Assembly: GCA_040219255.1 (NCBI GenBank)
Contig: JAVJSW010000060.1
Span: 256,001 to 320,000, forward strand
Source of the DNA: Sumerlaeia bacterium
GTDB lineage: Bacteria; Sumerlaeota; Sumerlaeia; SLMS01; JAHLLQ01
DNA: 64,000 nucleotides
Reading direction: 5' to 3'
Position numbers and translations under genes: made by a program. The notes under the pieces are model-generated. The model was not told the origin of the DNA. It did not search any database and was given only the letters and a program-made list of their open reading frames with translations. Positions within the stretch are counted from its first letter, which is position 1, and every line of letters begins with the position of its first letter. This document shows positions 9,355-21,364 of this stretch, in pieces.

Positions 9355-10506
9355 GTGAACTGGAAAGTTCCCCTCACCACGATCCGCCTCGGCGACGAAG
9401 AAAAAGAAGCGGTTTGCCGTGTTCTCGACAGTGGCTGGCTCGCCATGGGCCCCGAAGTCGAGGCCTTCGAGCACGAGTTCGCCGCCGCCCACGCCGCCCA
9501 ATTCGCCGTCGCCTGCTCCAATGGGACCGACGCGCTCGCCATGGCCTACGACGCCATGGGCGCGGACCGCGGCGATGAAGTCGCCATGCCGGCGCTGACG
9601 TTTGTGGCATCCCTCAATGTGGCGCTGCGCCGCGGCGAGCAACCCATCCTGGTCGATATCGCCGCCGAGGACGATCTCACTCTGTCGCCCGCCGACCTGG
9701 CCACCAAGATCACCCCGCGCACCCGCCTCATCGTTTCCATGCCCTACGGCGGCTATCCGCCTGACATGGAGAGCCTGCGCCGCATCGCCGACCATCACAG
9801 CATTCCCCTCATCGAGGACGCCTGCCACGCCCCCCTGGTCAAATACCAGGACCGCTACATCGGCACCTTTGGCGACGCCGGTTGCTTCAGCTTCTTCACG
9901 AACAAGAACATCACCACCGGCGAAGGCGGCATGATCCTGACCAACGACCGCGCCATCGCCGAGCGCGTCCGCCTCATGCGCAACCACGGCATGACCCGCA
10001 CCACCCGCGATCATTACGAGGGTGCCTTCAATCAGTACGACGTCCTCGTCGCCGGCCACAACTTCCGGATGGACGAAATGCGCGCCGCCATCGGGCGGGT
10101 CCAGCTCCGTAAGCTGCCCGAATTCAATCGCAAGCGCCGCGAAATCAGCGCCCGCATCCGCACCCTGATCCAGGAAAAATGCCCCGACCTCATCTTCCCC
10201 AACGTCGGACTGCGCGACACCGGCGCCAGCCACCACCTCCTCGCCGCCATCCTGCCCAAGAGCGGCCCCTCACGCGAAACCTTCATGCGCCGCATGACCC
10301 AGCACGGCATCCAGACCAGCGTCCACTATCGCCCCCTGCACCAGTTCAACCACACCCTCGGCATCTGGAGCGATCCCCCGCGCCTGCCCAACCTGGAAGC
10401 TATCGCCGACCGTCTCGTCACCCTCCCCCTCGGCCCCGATTTCACCGATGAGCAGGTGGAACTAGTGGCCAAGGCGGCGGTGATGTCGTTGGGCGGGGGG
10501 AGCTAG
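9355..10506 (+). CDS. DegT/DnrJ/EryC1/StrS family PLP-dependent aminotransferase
   Basis: SNGTDAL, IEDACHA, FSFFTNKNITTGEGGM, GHNFRMDE. Confidence 0.93.
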   Translation: MNWKVPLTTIRLGDEEKEAVCRVLDSGWLAMGPEVEAFEHEFAAAHAAQFAVACSNGTDALAMAYDAMGADRGDEVAMPALTFVASLNVALRRGEQPILVDIAAEDDLTLSPADLATKITPRTRLIVSMPYGGYPPDMESLRRIADHHSIPLIEDACHAPLVKYQDRYIGTFGDAGCFSFFTNKNITTGEGGMILTNDRAIAERVRLMRNHGMTRTTRDHYEGAFNQYDVLVAGHNFRMDEMRAAIGRVQLRKLPEFNRKRREISARIRTLIQEKCPDLIFPNVGLRDTGASHHLLAAILPKSGPSRETFMRRMTQHGIQTSVHYRPLHQFNHTLGIWSDPPRLPNLEAIADRLVTLPLGPDFTDEQVELVAKAAVMSLGGGS

Positions 10507-10925
10507 AGCCAGAGTTGGCTGAGCCGGATGGTCACGCCGGGGATGCTGGAAAGCTCTTCCACGGAGGTATCATCCAGTGTCTTGATCTCGCCATACTTGC
10601 CGTCTGATCCGAGACGATGCACGAAGGTGGTGCGAGAGACCGGATTGATGACCCAGTACTCCGTGACCCCGTGCCGTTCATAGAGATCGCGTTTCTCGAC
10701 TCGGTCGTTCAAAATGGAAAGCGGACAAAGGACCTCCGCGATGAAGTCGGGAGCGCCCACCATGCCGTCATCCCGCAGTTTCGCATCATCGGAAACGACC
10801 AAGACATCGGGCTGGAGGACGGTGCTGGCTCGGTCTTCATGCTCCCCCTCCTCCCTCAATCTTGCCAGAATCCTGCCTCCCGCTCCGATTTCCCGCAAGA
10901 GGTCTTGTGTTCTCCTTTCGACCAT
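10503..10925 (-). pseudogene. Uma2/DUF820 endonuclease-like, apparently N-terminally truncated
   Basis: TVLQPDVLVV...GAPDFIAEVLCP...DRVEKRDLYERHGVTEYWVINP is present; the usual N-terminal EL..G.....P...H segment is not. Confidence 0.65.
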
Positions 10926-10971
10926 TGGTAAAGGAAACCGCCTCATTTCGGGAGAAGCGCCCCAGCCCCCC

Positions 10972-11895
10972 ATGCCACCAGCACCCATGCCACCAGCCCC
11001 CGTCCAAGCCCATCTGACCGAACTGCTCGAACCGCAGCTCATCGCCAAGCTCGACCAGCTCGAGGTGCTGTCGCGCAAGATTTTCCGCTCGCGCCAGAAG
11101 GGCGAGCGCCGCAGCCGCCGCAAGGGCACCAGCATCGAGTTCGCCGATTACCGCGAGTACGTCCCGGGAGACGACACGCGCTATCTCGACTGGAACATCT
11201 TCGGGCGCCTGGAACGCCTCTACATCAAGCTCTTCTTCGAGGAAGAGGACCTCTCCTTCTACGTCCTGGTCGATACCAGCGCCTCGATGAATTTCGGCGA
11301 GCCCATGACGAAGTTCGAGTACGCGCGCAAGCTGGCCGCCGCGCTCGGGTACGTGGCCCTCAAGAACCAGGACAAATTCGGCGTCACCCAGGTCGGCAAC
11401 CGCGCCGAGAGCCGCTTCCGCCCCGTGCGCGGCAAGGGCCAGCTCGGCAAACTGCTCAACTACCTCTCGGCCCTCGAACCGAAATCCGGCACGAACCTCG
11501 TCGAGGGCTGCCGCGACTTCGTTTACCAGAACACTCAGCCCGGCATCGTCGTCCTCATCAGCGACTTCCTGGACGACCGCGGCTACGAGGACGCCCTCAA
11601 ACATTTCTTCATGCGCAACTACGATGTGTACTGCATCCAGGTCCTTTCGCCCGAGGAACGCGACCCCACCACCGTCGGCCACCTGACGCTGGAGGACGCG
11701 GAAACGGGCGAGCGCCAGGACGTGACCCTGACCGAGGGCATGCTGAAGCAGTACAAGGCGACGGTGGAAGCCTTCTGCGGCGGCCTGCGAGATTGGTGCA
11801 CGGGGCGCGGCATGACCTATCTGGCCACCACGACGGATGTGCCGCTGGAAACGGCTTTGATGAATTATCTGCGCCAGAGGGGGCTGCTCCGCTAA
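10972..11895 (+). CDS. DUF58 domain protein (MoxR/vWA-associated)
   Basis: GTSIEFADYREYVPGDDTRYLDWN, LVDTSASM, LISDF. Start 10972 or 10987. Confidence 0.92.
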   Translation: MPPAPMPPAPVQAHLTELLEPQLIAKLDQLEVLSRKIFRSRQKGERRSRRKGTSIEFADYREYVPGDDTRYLDWNIFGRLERLYIKLFFEEEDLSFYVLVDTSASMNFGEPMTKFEYARKLAAALGYVALKNQDKFGVTQVGNRAESRFRPVRGKGQLGKLLNYLSALEPKSGTNLVEGCRDFVYQNTQPGIVVLISDFLDDRGYEDALKHFFMRNYDVYCIQVLSPEERDPTTVGHLTLEDAETGERQDVTLTEGMLKQYKATVEAFCGGLRDWCTGRGMTYLATTTDVPLETALMNYLRQRGLLR

Positions 11896-11898
11896 CTC

Positions 11899-13779
11899 AT
11901 GTCCTTCCTAGCGAACCCCTGGCTCTGGGGGCTTTTCGGGCTCCTGCCGGTCATCGTCATCATGTACTTGCTCAAGCTCAAGCGCCGCCGCGTGCTGGTG
12001 CCGAGCACGCTGCTGTGGCGGCGCTCCGTGCAGGACATGATCGCCAATTCGCCGTTTCAGAAAATGCGCAACAACCTGCTCATGTGGTTGCAGTTACTTC
12101 TGCTCGCCCTGCTGATTCTGGCGTTCCTGCGGCCCGTGATGAAGCTCGAGAACCTGCGCGGCACCCGGCTCATTCTGCTGATCGACATTTCCGCCTCCAT
12201 GCAGACCGAGGAAGAGGACGGGCGCACGCGTCTGGAAATCGCCCAGGACGCCGCCCTCGACGCCATCGCGAGCCTGAAATCCGAAGACGAAGTCGCCATC
12301 TACACCTTCTCGAACCGCGTCCAGCCGATCCAGACGCTGACCAGCGATCTCGACATCGCCCGCACCGCCGTGCGCGGCATCGCGGCCCAGGACACGCACA
12401 CAACCCTCGCCGAGGCGGGCCTGCTCCTCCAGGGACTGACCGCCACCCGCGGCCCCGATGGCGTCTTCCAGCCCCTGGAAAACGCCAAGACCGTCATCCT
12501 CAGCGACGGCGCCATCGCGGGTACCGACTCGCTCGCCGACGTGCCCAACGTGGAATTCGTGCGCATCGGCACCACCACCGACAACATGGGCATCACGGCG
12601 GTGGATGTGCGCGAGTCCTTCGCCGGCGACTTCGAATACCAGATCTTCGTATCCGTCACCAATTCTTCGGCTGAAGAAAAGGAAGCCTACATCGAACTCC
12701 AGGCCGACGGCGAAGTCCTCGATCTGAAAGCCGCTGCCGTGCCACCGGGGGGAACCTCCGGCGTGGTGTTCTCGACCGGCGAAATCCTCGACGGTATCGC
12801 GACGATCCGTCTCGATGGAGAGGACGCCCTGTCCCTCGACAACACCGCCCGCGTCCGCATCCAGCCCCCCACCGACATCAGCATCCTGGTGGTTTCCAAC
12901 GGCAACTTCTTTATTGAGCAAGCCCTCAGCGTGGACCCCCGCGTCAAAGTCAGCCGCATTTCCCCCGCTGGCTACACCCCCAGCGAAGAATACGACATCG
13001 TCATCTTCGACAACGCCACATCGGGCGAGCTGCCCCCCGGCAACTTCGTCTTTATCAACAGTCTGCCCCCGCTCGAAACGTTCGCCGAGGGCGCCGAAAA
13101 TGTCAGCAATCCCCGCATTATCGACTGGAACCGGGTCCATCCGCTGACCCGCTACGTGAATTTCGAGGACGTCCTGATCGGCCAGGCCATGGACATCGCC
13201 GCCCCGCGCGCCGCGTTGCCGATCCTGCAGGCGGTCGAGACGGACCTGATCACCCTGACCGAGACGGAAACACAGAAGTTCCTCGTGATCGGCTTTGATG
13301 TCTTCAAGAGCTATTGGCCCGTCGATGTTTCGTTCCCTATTTTCATCGCTAACATGATCGACTATTTTTCGCGGTCCGGGTCGGGGATTCTTCGGCCCAG
13401 CTACTCCACCGGCGAGACCATCGCCCTGATTCCCGGGCGCGAGGACACGAAAGTCACCGTCACCACACCCGCCGGCGAGACGCTCGATTTTCCCCTCGAA
13501 GGCATCAGCACGGCCTACCTGACCGAGACTTCGCGGGCCGGCATTTACAGTGCCAGCTACGACTCCCGGGCGGTGGTGGACTTGCTGCCGGTGAACATGC
13601 TCTCCTTCGATGAAACGATCATCGCGCCGCGCGAGTCCCTGGTCGTGGGCGGCAGCGAAATTATCGGCAGCGACGAAAAGGTCCGCACCGATCAGGAAGT
13701 CTGGCACTGGTTCGTTCTGGCGGCCTTGGGAATCCTGATGGTGGAATGGGCGATTTATTGTCGCAGGACTTTTATGTAA
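11899..13779 (+). CDS. BatA-like N-terminal domain plus vWA domain membrane protein
   Basis: MSFLANP...LLPVIVIMYLLK...PSTLLW; MIDAS motif DISASM...SDG; C-terminal TM segment ending EW. Confidence 0.88.
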   Translation: MSFLANPWLWGLFGLLPVIVIMYLLKLKRRRVLVPSTLLWRRSVQDMIANSPFQKMRNNLLMWLQLLLLALLILAFLRPVMKLENLRGTRLILLIDISASMQTEEEDGRTRLEIAQDAALDAIASLKSEDEVAIYTFSNRVQPIQTLTSDLDIARTAVRGIAAQDTHTTLAEAGLLLQGLTATRGPDGVFQPLENAKTVILSDGAIAGTDSLADVPNVEFVRIGTTTDNMGITAVDVRESFAGDFEYQIFVSVTNSSAEEKEAYIELQADGEVLDLKAAAVPPGGTSGVVFSTGEILDGIATIRLDGEDALSLDNTARVRIQPPTDISILVVSNGNFFIEQALSVDPRVKVSRISPAGYTPSEEYDIVIFDNATSGELPPGNFVFINSLPPLETFAEGAENVSNPRIIDWNRVHPLTRYVNFEDVLIGQAMDIAAPRAALPILQAVETDLITLTETETQKFLVIGFDVFKSYWPVDVSFPIFIANMIDYFSRSGSGILRPSYSTGETIALIPGREDTKVTVTTPAGETLDFPLEGISTAYLTETSRAGIYSASYDSRAVVDLLPVNMLSFDETIIAPRESLVVGGSEIIGSDEKVRTDQEVWHWFVLAALGILMVEWAIYCRRTFM

Positions 13780-13881
13780 TTCTGAATAGTCTTTGGCCGA
13801 AGTTCGATTCAGATTGAAACGCCCTGCCCGCCTCGCTAGCCCTGCTTAGCTCTTATCCCCCCTTCTTTAAAGGACCAAGAG

Positions 13882-14556
13882 ATGCCAAGCTCTCGAAGGC
13901 TGGCCGGGCTCCTCTGTGTGACCCTGGCCGCCATCTCTTCCTCCGCCCAATCCCCATCGCTGCCCGGCGACGCCAACGGCGATGGGGTCCTGGACGTGGC
14001 CGATCTCGAACGGCTCGAACTCCACTTCTCCGGCGCCAATCCGCTTCCCGCAGGCACCCTTGCCTGCCTGGACGCGGACAATGACGGACAGGTGACCCGC
14101 TCCGACTTCGACGCCCTCCGCACCGCTCTTCTTGAGCACCAACCCTTTCCCGCCACCTGCCCCACGCCCACCCCGACCATGACCCCCACGGTCACGGCGT
14201 CGCCGACGCCCACGCCGACGTTGACCCCGACGCCGACGCCCGAGCCCGGGGATCTGGTGGTCCTCTCGCTTGCGGCCGTCAGCTACTATCGGCAAGCCGA
14301 CCCTCGGGACCTCAACGACCGGGAGCAAGCGGTCGAAGCCCACCCCGCCTCCTTCTGGCGTCCCACCACGCTCGATACGCCACGCGAGTCCCAAACCGTC
14401 TTCAATCCAACGTCTTACCTTCGTCCCACCACGCTCGAAGCGCCACGCGAGACCCAGACCGTCTTTGGCCCAACGTCCTACGTTCGCTTCGCCCCCTTCG
14501 TTCCGTCTGGCACAAACACTCTTCAAACCAACGCCCCCAGCTTCGATCGCCCCTAA
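13882..14556 (+). CDS. Secreted dockerin type I-like protein with Pro-Thr linker and C-terminal repeats
   Basis: Signal peptide; GDANGDGVLDVAD and DADNDGQVTRSD Ca-binding pair; (PT)n linker. Confidence 0.75.
   Translation: MPSSRRLAGLLCVTLAAISSSAQSPSLPGDANGDGVLDVADLERLELHFSGANPLPAGTLACLDADNDGQVTRSDFDALRTALLEHQPFPATCPTPTPTMTPTVTASPTPTPTLTPTPTPEPGDLVVLSLAAVSYYRQADPRDLNDREQAVEAHPASFWRPTTLDTPRESQTVFNPTSYLRPTTLEAPRETQTVFGPTSYVRFAPFVPSGTNTLQTNAPSFDRP
14359..14484 (+). repeat. In-frame 63-bp tandem repeat, 2 copies
   Basis: Units start at 14359 and 14422: RPTTLDTPRESQTVFNPTSYL and RPTTLEAPRETQTVFGPTSYV. Confidence 0.9.
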
Positions 14557-14578
14557 CTTCCCAAAGGTCCCAACACCA

Positions 14579-15889
14579 ATGATTCGCAAGTCTTTCTCTC
14601 ACACCAAAACCCTCGTCGCCGGACTCGCGGCGGCGCTCCTGGCCGGTTCGGCCTTCGCCCAATTCGTCAGCGGAAGCAACGGCGAGGACGGCGAATTGCT
14701 CGTCGCCTCGAACATGACCCTGCCACTGCAAGACGACGGCGTGCATGAATACACCACCATCACCATCGAAGCCGGCGCGACACTGACCATCTCGCCGAAC
14801 GCGAACAACACCCCGGTCTTTTTCCTGGCCAGCGGCCCCATCGTGGTCAACGGCACGATCAACGTGGCCGGGGCCAACGGGTTGCAACCAAGCAACACCG
14901 CCCCCTCCGTACCTGGAAACGAGGCGGACGGCGGCGCCGGGGGCTATGCGGGAGGTCTCGGCGCTCTGCCTGTTCCACTTGGCGGCGACGGGATTGCAAC
15001 GTCCGGTCAGGGACCAGGCGGTGGACTTGCGTCCCTGAGTATCGGGGCGACGATAGGCAGAGCAGGTAACGGTGGCAGCCATCGCGCGGCAGGCGGCATC
15101 GGTTCCGGGAGCGAACAGCCCGCGGCGCCAACTTATGGCGATCCACTCTTGCAAACGCTGCGCGGCGGCTCCGGCGGCGCGGGCAGCAATTATCAAGCCA
15201 CTCAAGAGGGGACGCGTTCTAGCGGCGGCGGCGGCGGCGGCGGCGGCGCCATCCTGCTCGCCAGTTCCGACTCCATCACGATCGACGGGATCGTGGACGC
15301 CCGCGGTGGAAACGGGGGAGGCGGTGTCTTTTCCGATGGAGGTGGATCCAGTGGAGCCGGAGGTGGCGCCGGCGGAGCCATCCGCGTCGTCGCGGATACC
15401 GTTTCCGGCACGGGGCAGTTGCTGGCCAGCGGTGGAGCAGCCGGCGCTGGAACAAGCATCGGGGGTGCCGGTGGCAATGGATGGATCCGCATCGAAACCT
15501 TCGCCGTGTCCGGGACGCTCCCGGCGAATTCGCGGCCCGGTCCGCTCTCCGGCGCGCCTAACCCCGTCGTCCGGCCCGGCGATGCAAACCTGCCTTCCTT
15601 CCGTATCGTCTCCATCGGCGGCATCGACGTGCCCGAGCCCGCCAGCGGAAGCCTCGCCGCCCCCGACGTAATCTTCACGCCCCAGACCCCGAGCACCGTG
15701 ACCATCGTCATCGAAACCGAAAACATCCCCGACGGCGCGATCATCAACCTGCGTATTCCCCTCGAAACGGGTGAAGTCCTCACCGTTTCCACCCCTCCCG
15801 TGGTGAACGATGGAACCAGTGTGGATGTGATGATCCCGAACGGCTTTGGCGTGATTTACGGCTCGGCGGAGTTCAATCCCACTCGCTAA
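14579..15889 (+). CDS. Secreted glycine-rich protein
   Basis: ATG at 14579; signal peptide ending AFA-Q; many GxGG runs, including GGGGGGGGAIL and GGGAGGAIR. Confidence 0.8.
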   Translation: MIRKSFSHTKTLVAGLAAALLAGSAFAQFVSGSNGEDGELLVASNMTLPLQDDGVHEYTTITIEAGATLTISPNANNTPVFFLASGPIVVNGTINVAGANGLQPSNTAPSVPGNEADGGAGGYAGGLGALPVPLGGDGIATSGQGPGGGLASLSIGATIGRAGNGGSHRAAGGIGSGSEQPAAPTYGDPLLQTLRGGSGGAGSNYQATQEGTRSSGGGGGGGGAILLASSDSITIDGIVDARGGNGGGGVFSDGGGSSGAGGGAGGAIRVVADTVSGTGQLLASGGAAGAGTSIGGAGGNGWIRIETFAVSGTLPANSRPGPLSGAPNPVVRPGDANLPSFRIVSIGGIDVPEPASGSLAAPDVIFTPQTPSTVTIVIETENIPDGAIINLRIPLETGEVLTVSTPPVVNDGTSVDVMIPNGFGVIYGSAEFNPTR

Positions 15890-15943
15890 TCGCCAGCCCG
15901 CGCGCGAAACTTGCGGTGGAATTCTCTGGAAAGGAGAACTCCT

Positions 15944-16636
15944 ATGAGCCGCCAACCCTCGCGCACTTCCACAGAACCCGCCTTCGTCGACCGGGTCGAC
16001 GCGGGACGCCGCCTGAGCGAGGAATGCCACGCCTATGGAGGGCCGGAGACCTTGGTCCTGGCCCTGCCGCGCGGGGGCGTTCCCGTCGGGGCCGAGGTGG
16101 CCGCCGAACTCGGTGGGACCCTCGATGTCCTGATTGTCCGGAAGGTCGGCCTCCCCGGCCAGCGTGAACTCGCCATGGGCGCCGTCGCCAGCGGCGGCGT
16201 CCAGATCACCAACCGTGCCATCGTCCGCCAGAGCGGCATTCGCCCGGAGGATTTCGACGCCGCGGCCCGCCGCGAGCTGGTCGAACTCGAACGGCGTGAA
16301 GCCCGCTATCGGGGCAAGCGCCCCTTCCCCACCTTGCGCAATCGCACTGTGATCCTGGTGGACGATGGCCTCGCCACCGGCGCCACGATGTACGCCGCCA
16401 CGGAAGCGGTTCGTCAACTCGGCGCCGAGCAATTGGTGGTGGCCACGCCAGTGACATCGCGCCAGGCGCGTCAGGCGATCCAACCCCATGTCGATGATTT
16501 CATCAGCCTGATCGAACCCGAGGAGTTTCTTGCCGTCGGCTACTGGTACGCCGATTTCCCGCAGGTCAGCGACCAGGAAGTGATGGCGATTCTGGAGGAC
16601 TGGCAGCGTCCTCAGGGGCGAGCCACGCGCGGATGA
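15944..16636 (+). CDS. Phosphoribosyltransferase family protein
   Basis: LALPRGGVPV, VRKVGLPG, and PRPP loop VILVDDGLATGAT; AAGGAG RBS. Confidence 0.9.
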   Translation: MSRQPSRTSTEPAFVDRVDAGRRLSEECHAYGGPETLVLALPRGGVPVGAEVAAELGGTLDVLIVRKVGLPGQRELAMGAVASGGVQITNRAIVRQSGIRPEDFDAAARRELVELERREARYRGKRPFPTLRNRTVILVDDGLATGATMYAATEAVRQLGAEQLVVATPVTSRQARQAIQPHVDDFISLIEPEEFLAVGYWYADFPQVSDQEVMAILEDWQRPQGRATRG

Positions 16637-17624
16637 CGAATTCGGCGGGCTTTCCGCGCGGAGAATAGCCGCGCTCGGGCTGGGTCTCAAAGCCGAGCCA
16701 CTTGTAGAAAAACACCCCGCCCAACTCCGGCCGGCCATCCCAGGCCGAGATAAACGCCTGATACGCCCGGGCTTGCTCGCGCAGGTCGGGCGGATTCTTC
16801 AGCGTGTAATCCCACGGATACACCGCGCCACCATCGAGCGACGGGTAGCCCACCTCCGTCAGCAGCAGCGGCAGGTGGTCGAGGGCCTGCTCGCGCCGCC
16901 ACTCCAGGATGTCGCTCCGGAAGATGCGCCAAGCGCTGTCCAGCGCCGCCTGATCGGCATTCTGGTCCTTCGTCAATTCGTAATAGGACGATAGTCCGAT
17001 GGCGTCCAACCGATCCCACCATAATTCTGGCCCGAAGAGGTGATCCCAGTTACAGGAGTAAGTCAGCGAGGTGGCGGCGCATTCCGCGCGCACGGCGGAA
17101 ATCGTTTCTTCCCATTGCTCAGCGTAGATTTCCAGGGAGGAGAACTCGCTGCCGATGCTAACCCAATCACAGTTTTCCTCATTCGCGATCCGAGCATAGT
17201 GAAGTATCCACGATCGATAATCTTCGAACCAGGCATCCAGGTCCGCCGGCGCCATATTGCCCCGCCATTCGTCGGGCCCGGGCGATTCGAGGAGCACGAT
17301 GGGGAACAGCAGCGTCGCCATGCCGCGCGCGTGGCATTGGCGGATCGTGCGGCGCAGGGCGTTGTCCGGTATGGTGCGCCCGGCCTTGCGGTAGATTTCG
17401 GTCGAGGTGCCGTTCTCCTGAAGCAGCACCACTGTCAGGTTCACCGCGTTGACGCCCAGGGCCCCCAACTCGTCGATGGCGAACCCGTAATCGAAATCCG
17501 GGTCCGCGGCGTAGAGGGGCAGCACCGCGCCGCGCAGCTCGGGCGGCTGGGCGGGGAGCGGCGCGCTCTGAGTGAAAACCCACATAAGGGCCAGAAAGGC
17601 CATTATTCCCCGGCGCGCTCTCAT
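16566..17624 (-). CDS. Secreted glycoside hydrolase, GH113-like TIM barrel
   Basis: WRG...AWFEDY, SIGSEF, TYSCNWD, LDAIGLSSYY, LTEVGYPS; ATGA overlap with the upstream HAD gene; signal peptide. Confidence 0.78.
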   Translation of the reverse strand: MRARRGIMAFLALMWVFTQSAPLPAQPPELRGAVLPLYAADPDFDYGFAIDELGALGVNAVNLTVVLLQENGTSTEIYRKAGRTIPDNALRRTIRQCHARGMATLLFPIVLLESPGPDEWRGNMAPADLDAWFEDYRSWILHYARIANEENCDWVSIGSEFSSLEIYAEQWEETISAVRAECAATSLTYSCNWDHLFGPELWWDRLDAIGLSSYYELTKDQNADQAALDSAWRIFRSDILEWRREQALDHLPLLLTEVGYPSLDGGAVYPWDYTLKNPPDLREQARAYQAFISAWDGRPELGGVFFYKWLGFETQPERGYSPRGKPAEFVIRAWLAPEDAASPPESPSLPGR

Positions 17625-18289
17625 CCCCGGGCGCCCGCCGAGAGTTCCTCGATCAGCGAGTCGAGGGTTCGCTCGGCCATGGACTCGAGAACGAAATCGG
17701 CCATGGAAAAATCCAGCCGCCGCGTGATGCCGTTGGGGATGATGGCCACGTGCATGCCCGCCGCCTTGGCCGCCACGAGGCCGTTGCGCGAGTCCTCGAA
17801 GACCAGGCAATTCCGCGGCGCGACGTTCAGGCGTTCCGCCGCCAGGAAAAACAGCGCTGGGTCCGGCTTGGTCTTTTCCACCTCGTCGCCGGTGGCGAAT
17901 TGCTCGAAATGCGCGATCAGGCCAAGGCGCTCCAGGTGCCCCGTGACCCATTCGCGGCCGCTGCTGCTGGCGACGCCCCGGCGCAGGCCCCGGGCCACCA
18001 CGGAGGCGATCATCTCAGGTACGCCGGGCCGGGGCGGCGAGGCCTCGATGCGTGGCAGGTAGCGGGCCTTCACCTCAGCCACGATGGCGTCGCGGTCGAT
18101 GGGGGCGCCGGTTTTTTCTTCCATGTAGCGATAGACGTCGAAGTGGTCCGACGACCCGACGATGTTGGCCCAGACATCGATGGGCAGTTCGGCGCCGCGA
18201 TCGCGGAAAAGTTCGGCGAAAATCTCGTAGGTCGGCGTCTCCGTGTCCAGAATCAGCCCATCGAAATCGAAAATCACAGCTTCAATCAT
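17621..18289 (-). CDS. HAD-IA family hydrolase/phosphatase
   Basis: IFDFDGLILDTE, VASSS, KPDP, VFEDSRNG. Confidence 0.93.
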   Translation of the reverse strand: MIEAVIFDFDGLILDTETPTYEIFAELFRDRGAELPIDVWANIVGSSDHFDVYRYMEEKTGAPIDRDAIVAEVKARYLPRIEASPPRPGVPEMIASVVARGLRRGVASSSGREWVTGHLERLGLIAHFEQFATGDEVEKTKPDPALFFLAAERLNVAPRNCLVFEDSRNGLVAAKAAGMHVAIIPNGITRRLDFSMADFVLESMAERTLDSLIEELSAGARG

Positions 18290-18331
18290 CAGGTCCCAGT
18301 CCTCGGCGAAGTCGCATCAGGCCAGAGCAAA

Positions 18332-20419
<2,088 letters not shown>

Positions 20420-20446
20420 TCAAGACGTATTGGCGGGGGAAATTAT

Positions 20447-20511
20447 GGCCACAGATGACGCGGATGGACACCGATCAAAAAAACATCTGCGCTCTCTGCG
20501 TCATCTGAGGC
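20447..20511. repeat. Periodic inverted repeat (family locus 2)
   Basis: GGCCACAGATGACGCGGATGGACACCGAT, A-rich spacer, then ATCTGCGCTCTCTGCGTCATCTGAGGC, just past the cysH stop. Confidence 0.8.
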
Positions 20512-20517
20512 AGGAAA

Positions 20518-21339
20518 TCAAATCCCATCGCTCATGTAGGTGTGGATGCCGCACTCGGTTTTCTGGCTGCCGCTCCATCGGCCGGCGCGTTCGTCCTGGC
20601 CATCGGCGACGGGTTTGGTGCAGGGCGCGCAGCCGATGCTCTTGTAGCCTTCGAGGAACAGCGGGTGGACGGGGACATCGTGTTCGTCGATGTACTTCCA
20701 CAGGTCGCGCTTCGACCAGTTGGCGAAGGGATTGATCTTCACCAGGGGCTCGCGGCCGGGGCGTTCGCTGACTTCCAGGATTTTGGTGCGTTGGCGGATT
20801 TCGCTATGGTCGCTGCGGCGGATGCTGGTCACATAGGCCGACCGGCCGGACAGCGCGCGGCGCAGCGGCTCGACCTTGTTCAGGAAGCAGCACAAATCCG
20901 TGCCGACATGGGCGTGGCGGCGGGCTTCCTGGGGCACGTCGATCCCGTCCAGGTTCTCGCGCTTGTTCAGGTCGTCCGGGAACTTGGCCAGGAAGGCCTC
21001 GCGGCCGCCCTGATAGCCCCAGGCTTCCACCTTCAGATTGTAGAGATCGCGGATATGATCGCGGAATCGGATGGTGTCTTCAAAGTGATAACCGGTTTCC
21101 AGAAAGATCACCGGGACGCGGTTGTCCACCTCGGACAGCATCCGCAGCAGCGCCCCCGACGACGCGCCGAAGGACGACGTGGCGGCGAAGCGCTCGGGGC
21201 CGTAAGTCCTCGCGGCCCAGGCAATAATGTCCCGAGCGGTCCAGGACTCCATCTCCTCGGACAACGCGCGCAGCTCCTCCACCGTGGGCAGGGAAGAGAC
21301 GGGGGGCTCGAGTTGAGCGAAAGCGGCCGTGGCGGTCAT
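20518..21339 (-). CDS. cysH: (Phospho)adenylyl-sulfate reductase; Fe-S cysteines suggest the APS reductase type
   Basis: TSSFG, FLETGYHF, LCCFLNKVEPL, YKSIGCAPCT, ERAGRW, KTECGIH. Confidence 0.92.
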   Translation of the reverse strand: MTATAAFAQLEPPVSSLPTVEELRALSEEMESWTARDIIAWAARTYGPERFAATSSFGASSGALLRMLSEVDNRVPVIFLETGYHFEDTIRFRDHIRDLYNLKVEAWGYQGGREAFLAKFPDDLNKRENLDGIDVPQEARRHAHVGTDLCCFLNKVEPLRRALSGRSAYVTSIRRSDHSEIRQRTKILEVSERPGREPLVKINPFANWSKRDLWKYIDEHDVPVHPLFLEGYKSIGCAPCTKPVADGQDERAGRWSGSQKTECGIHTYMSDGI

Positions 21340-21364
21340 GGGGTGAACCTTTCCGAGGAAATAC

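Noticed and set aside
14160-14245. ACGCCG-type short tandem repeats here and at about 34460-34560
   Set aside because: Explained by Pro-Thr linker coding.
13882-14556. Cellulosome component
   Set aside because: No cohesin or attached catalytic domain in the window; dockerin-like domains are common outside cellulosomes.
14402-16738. 778-aa minus ORF and similar long antisense or alternate-frame ORFs (7532..9334, 17750..19600, 27620..29935, 40625..42478, 48845..50755)
   Set aside because: Each overlaps well-supported genes and lacks recognisable domains.
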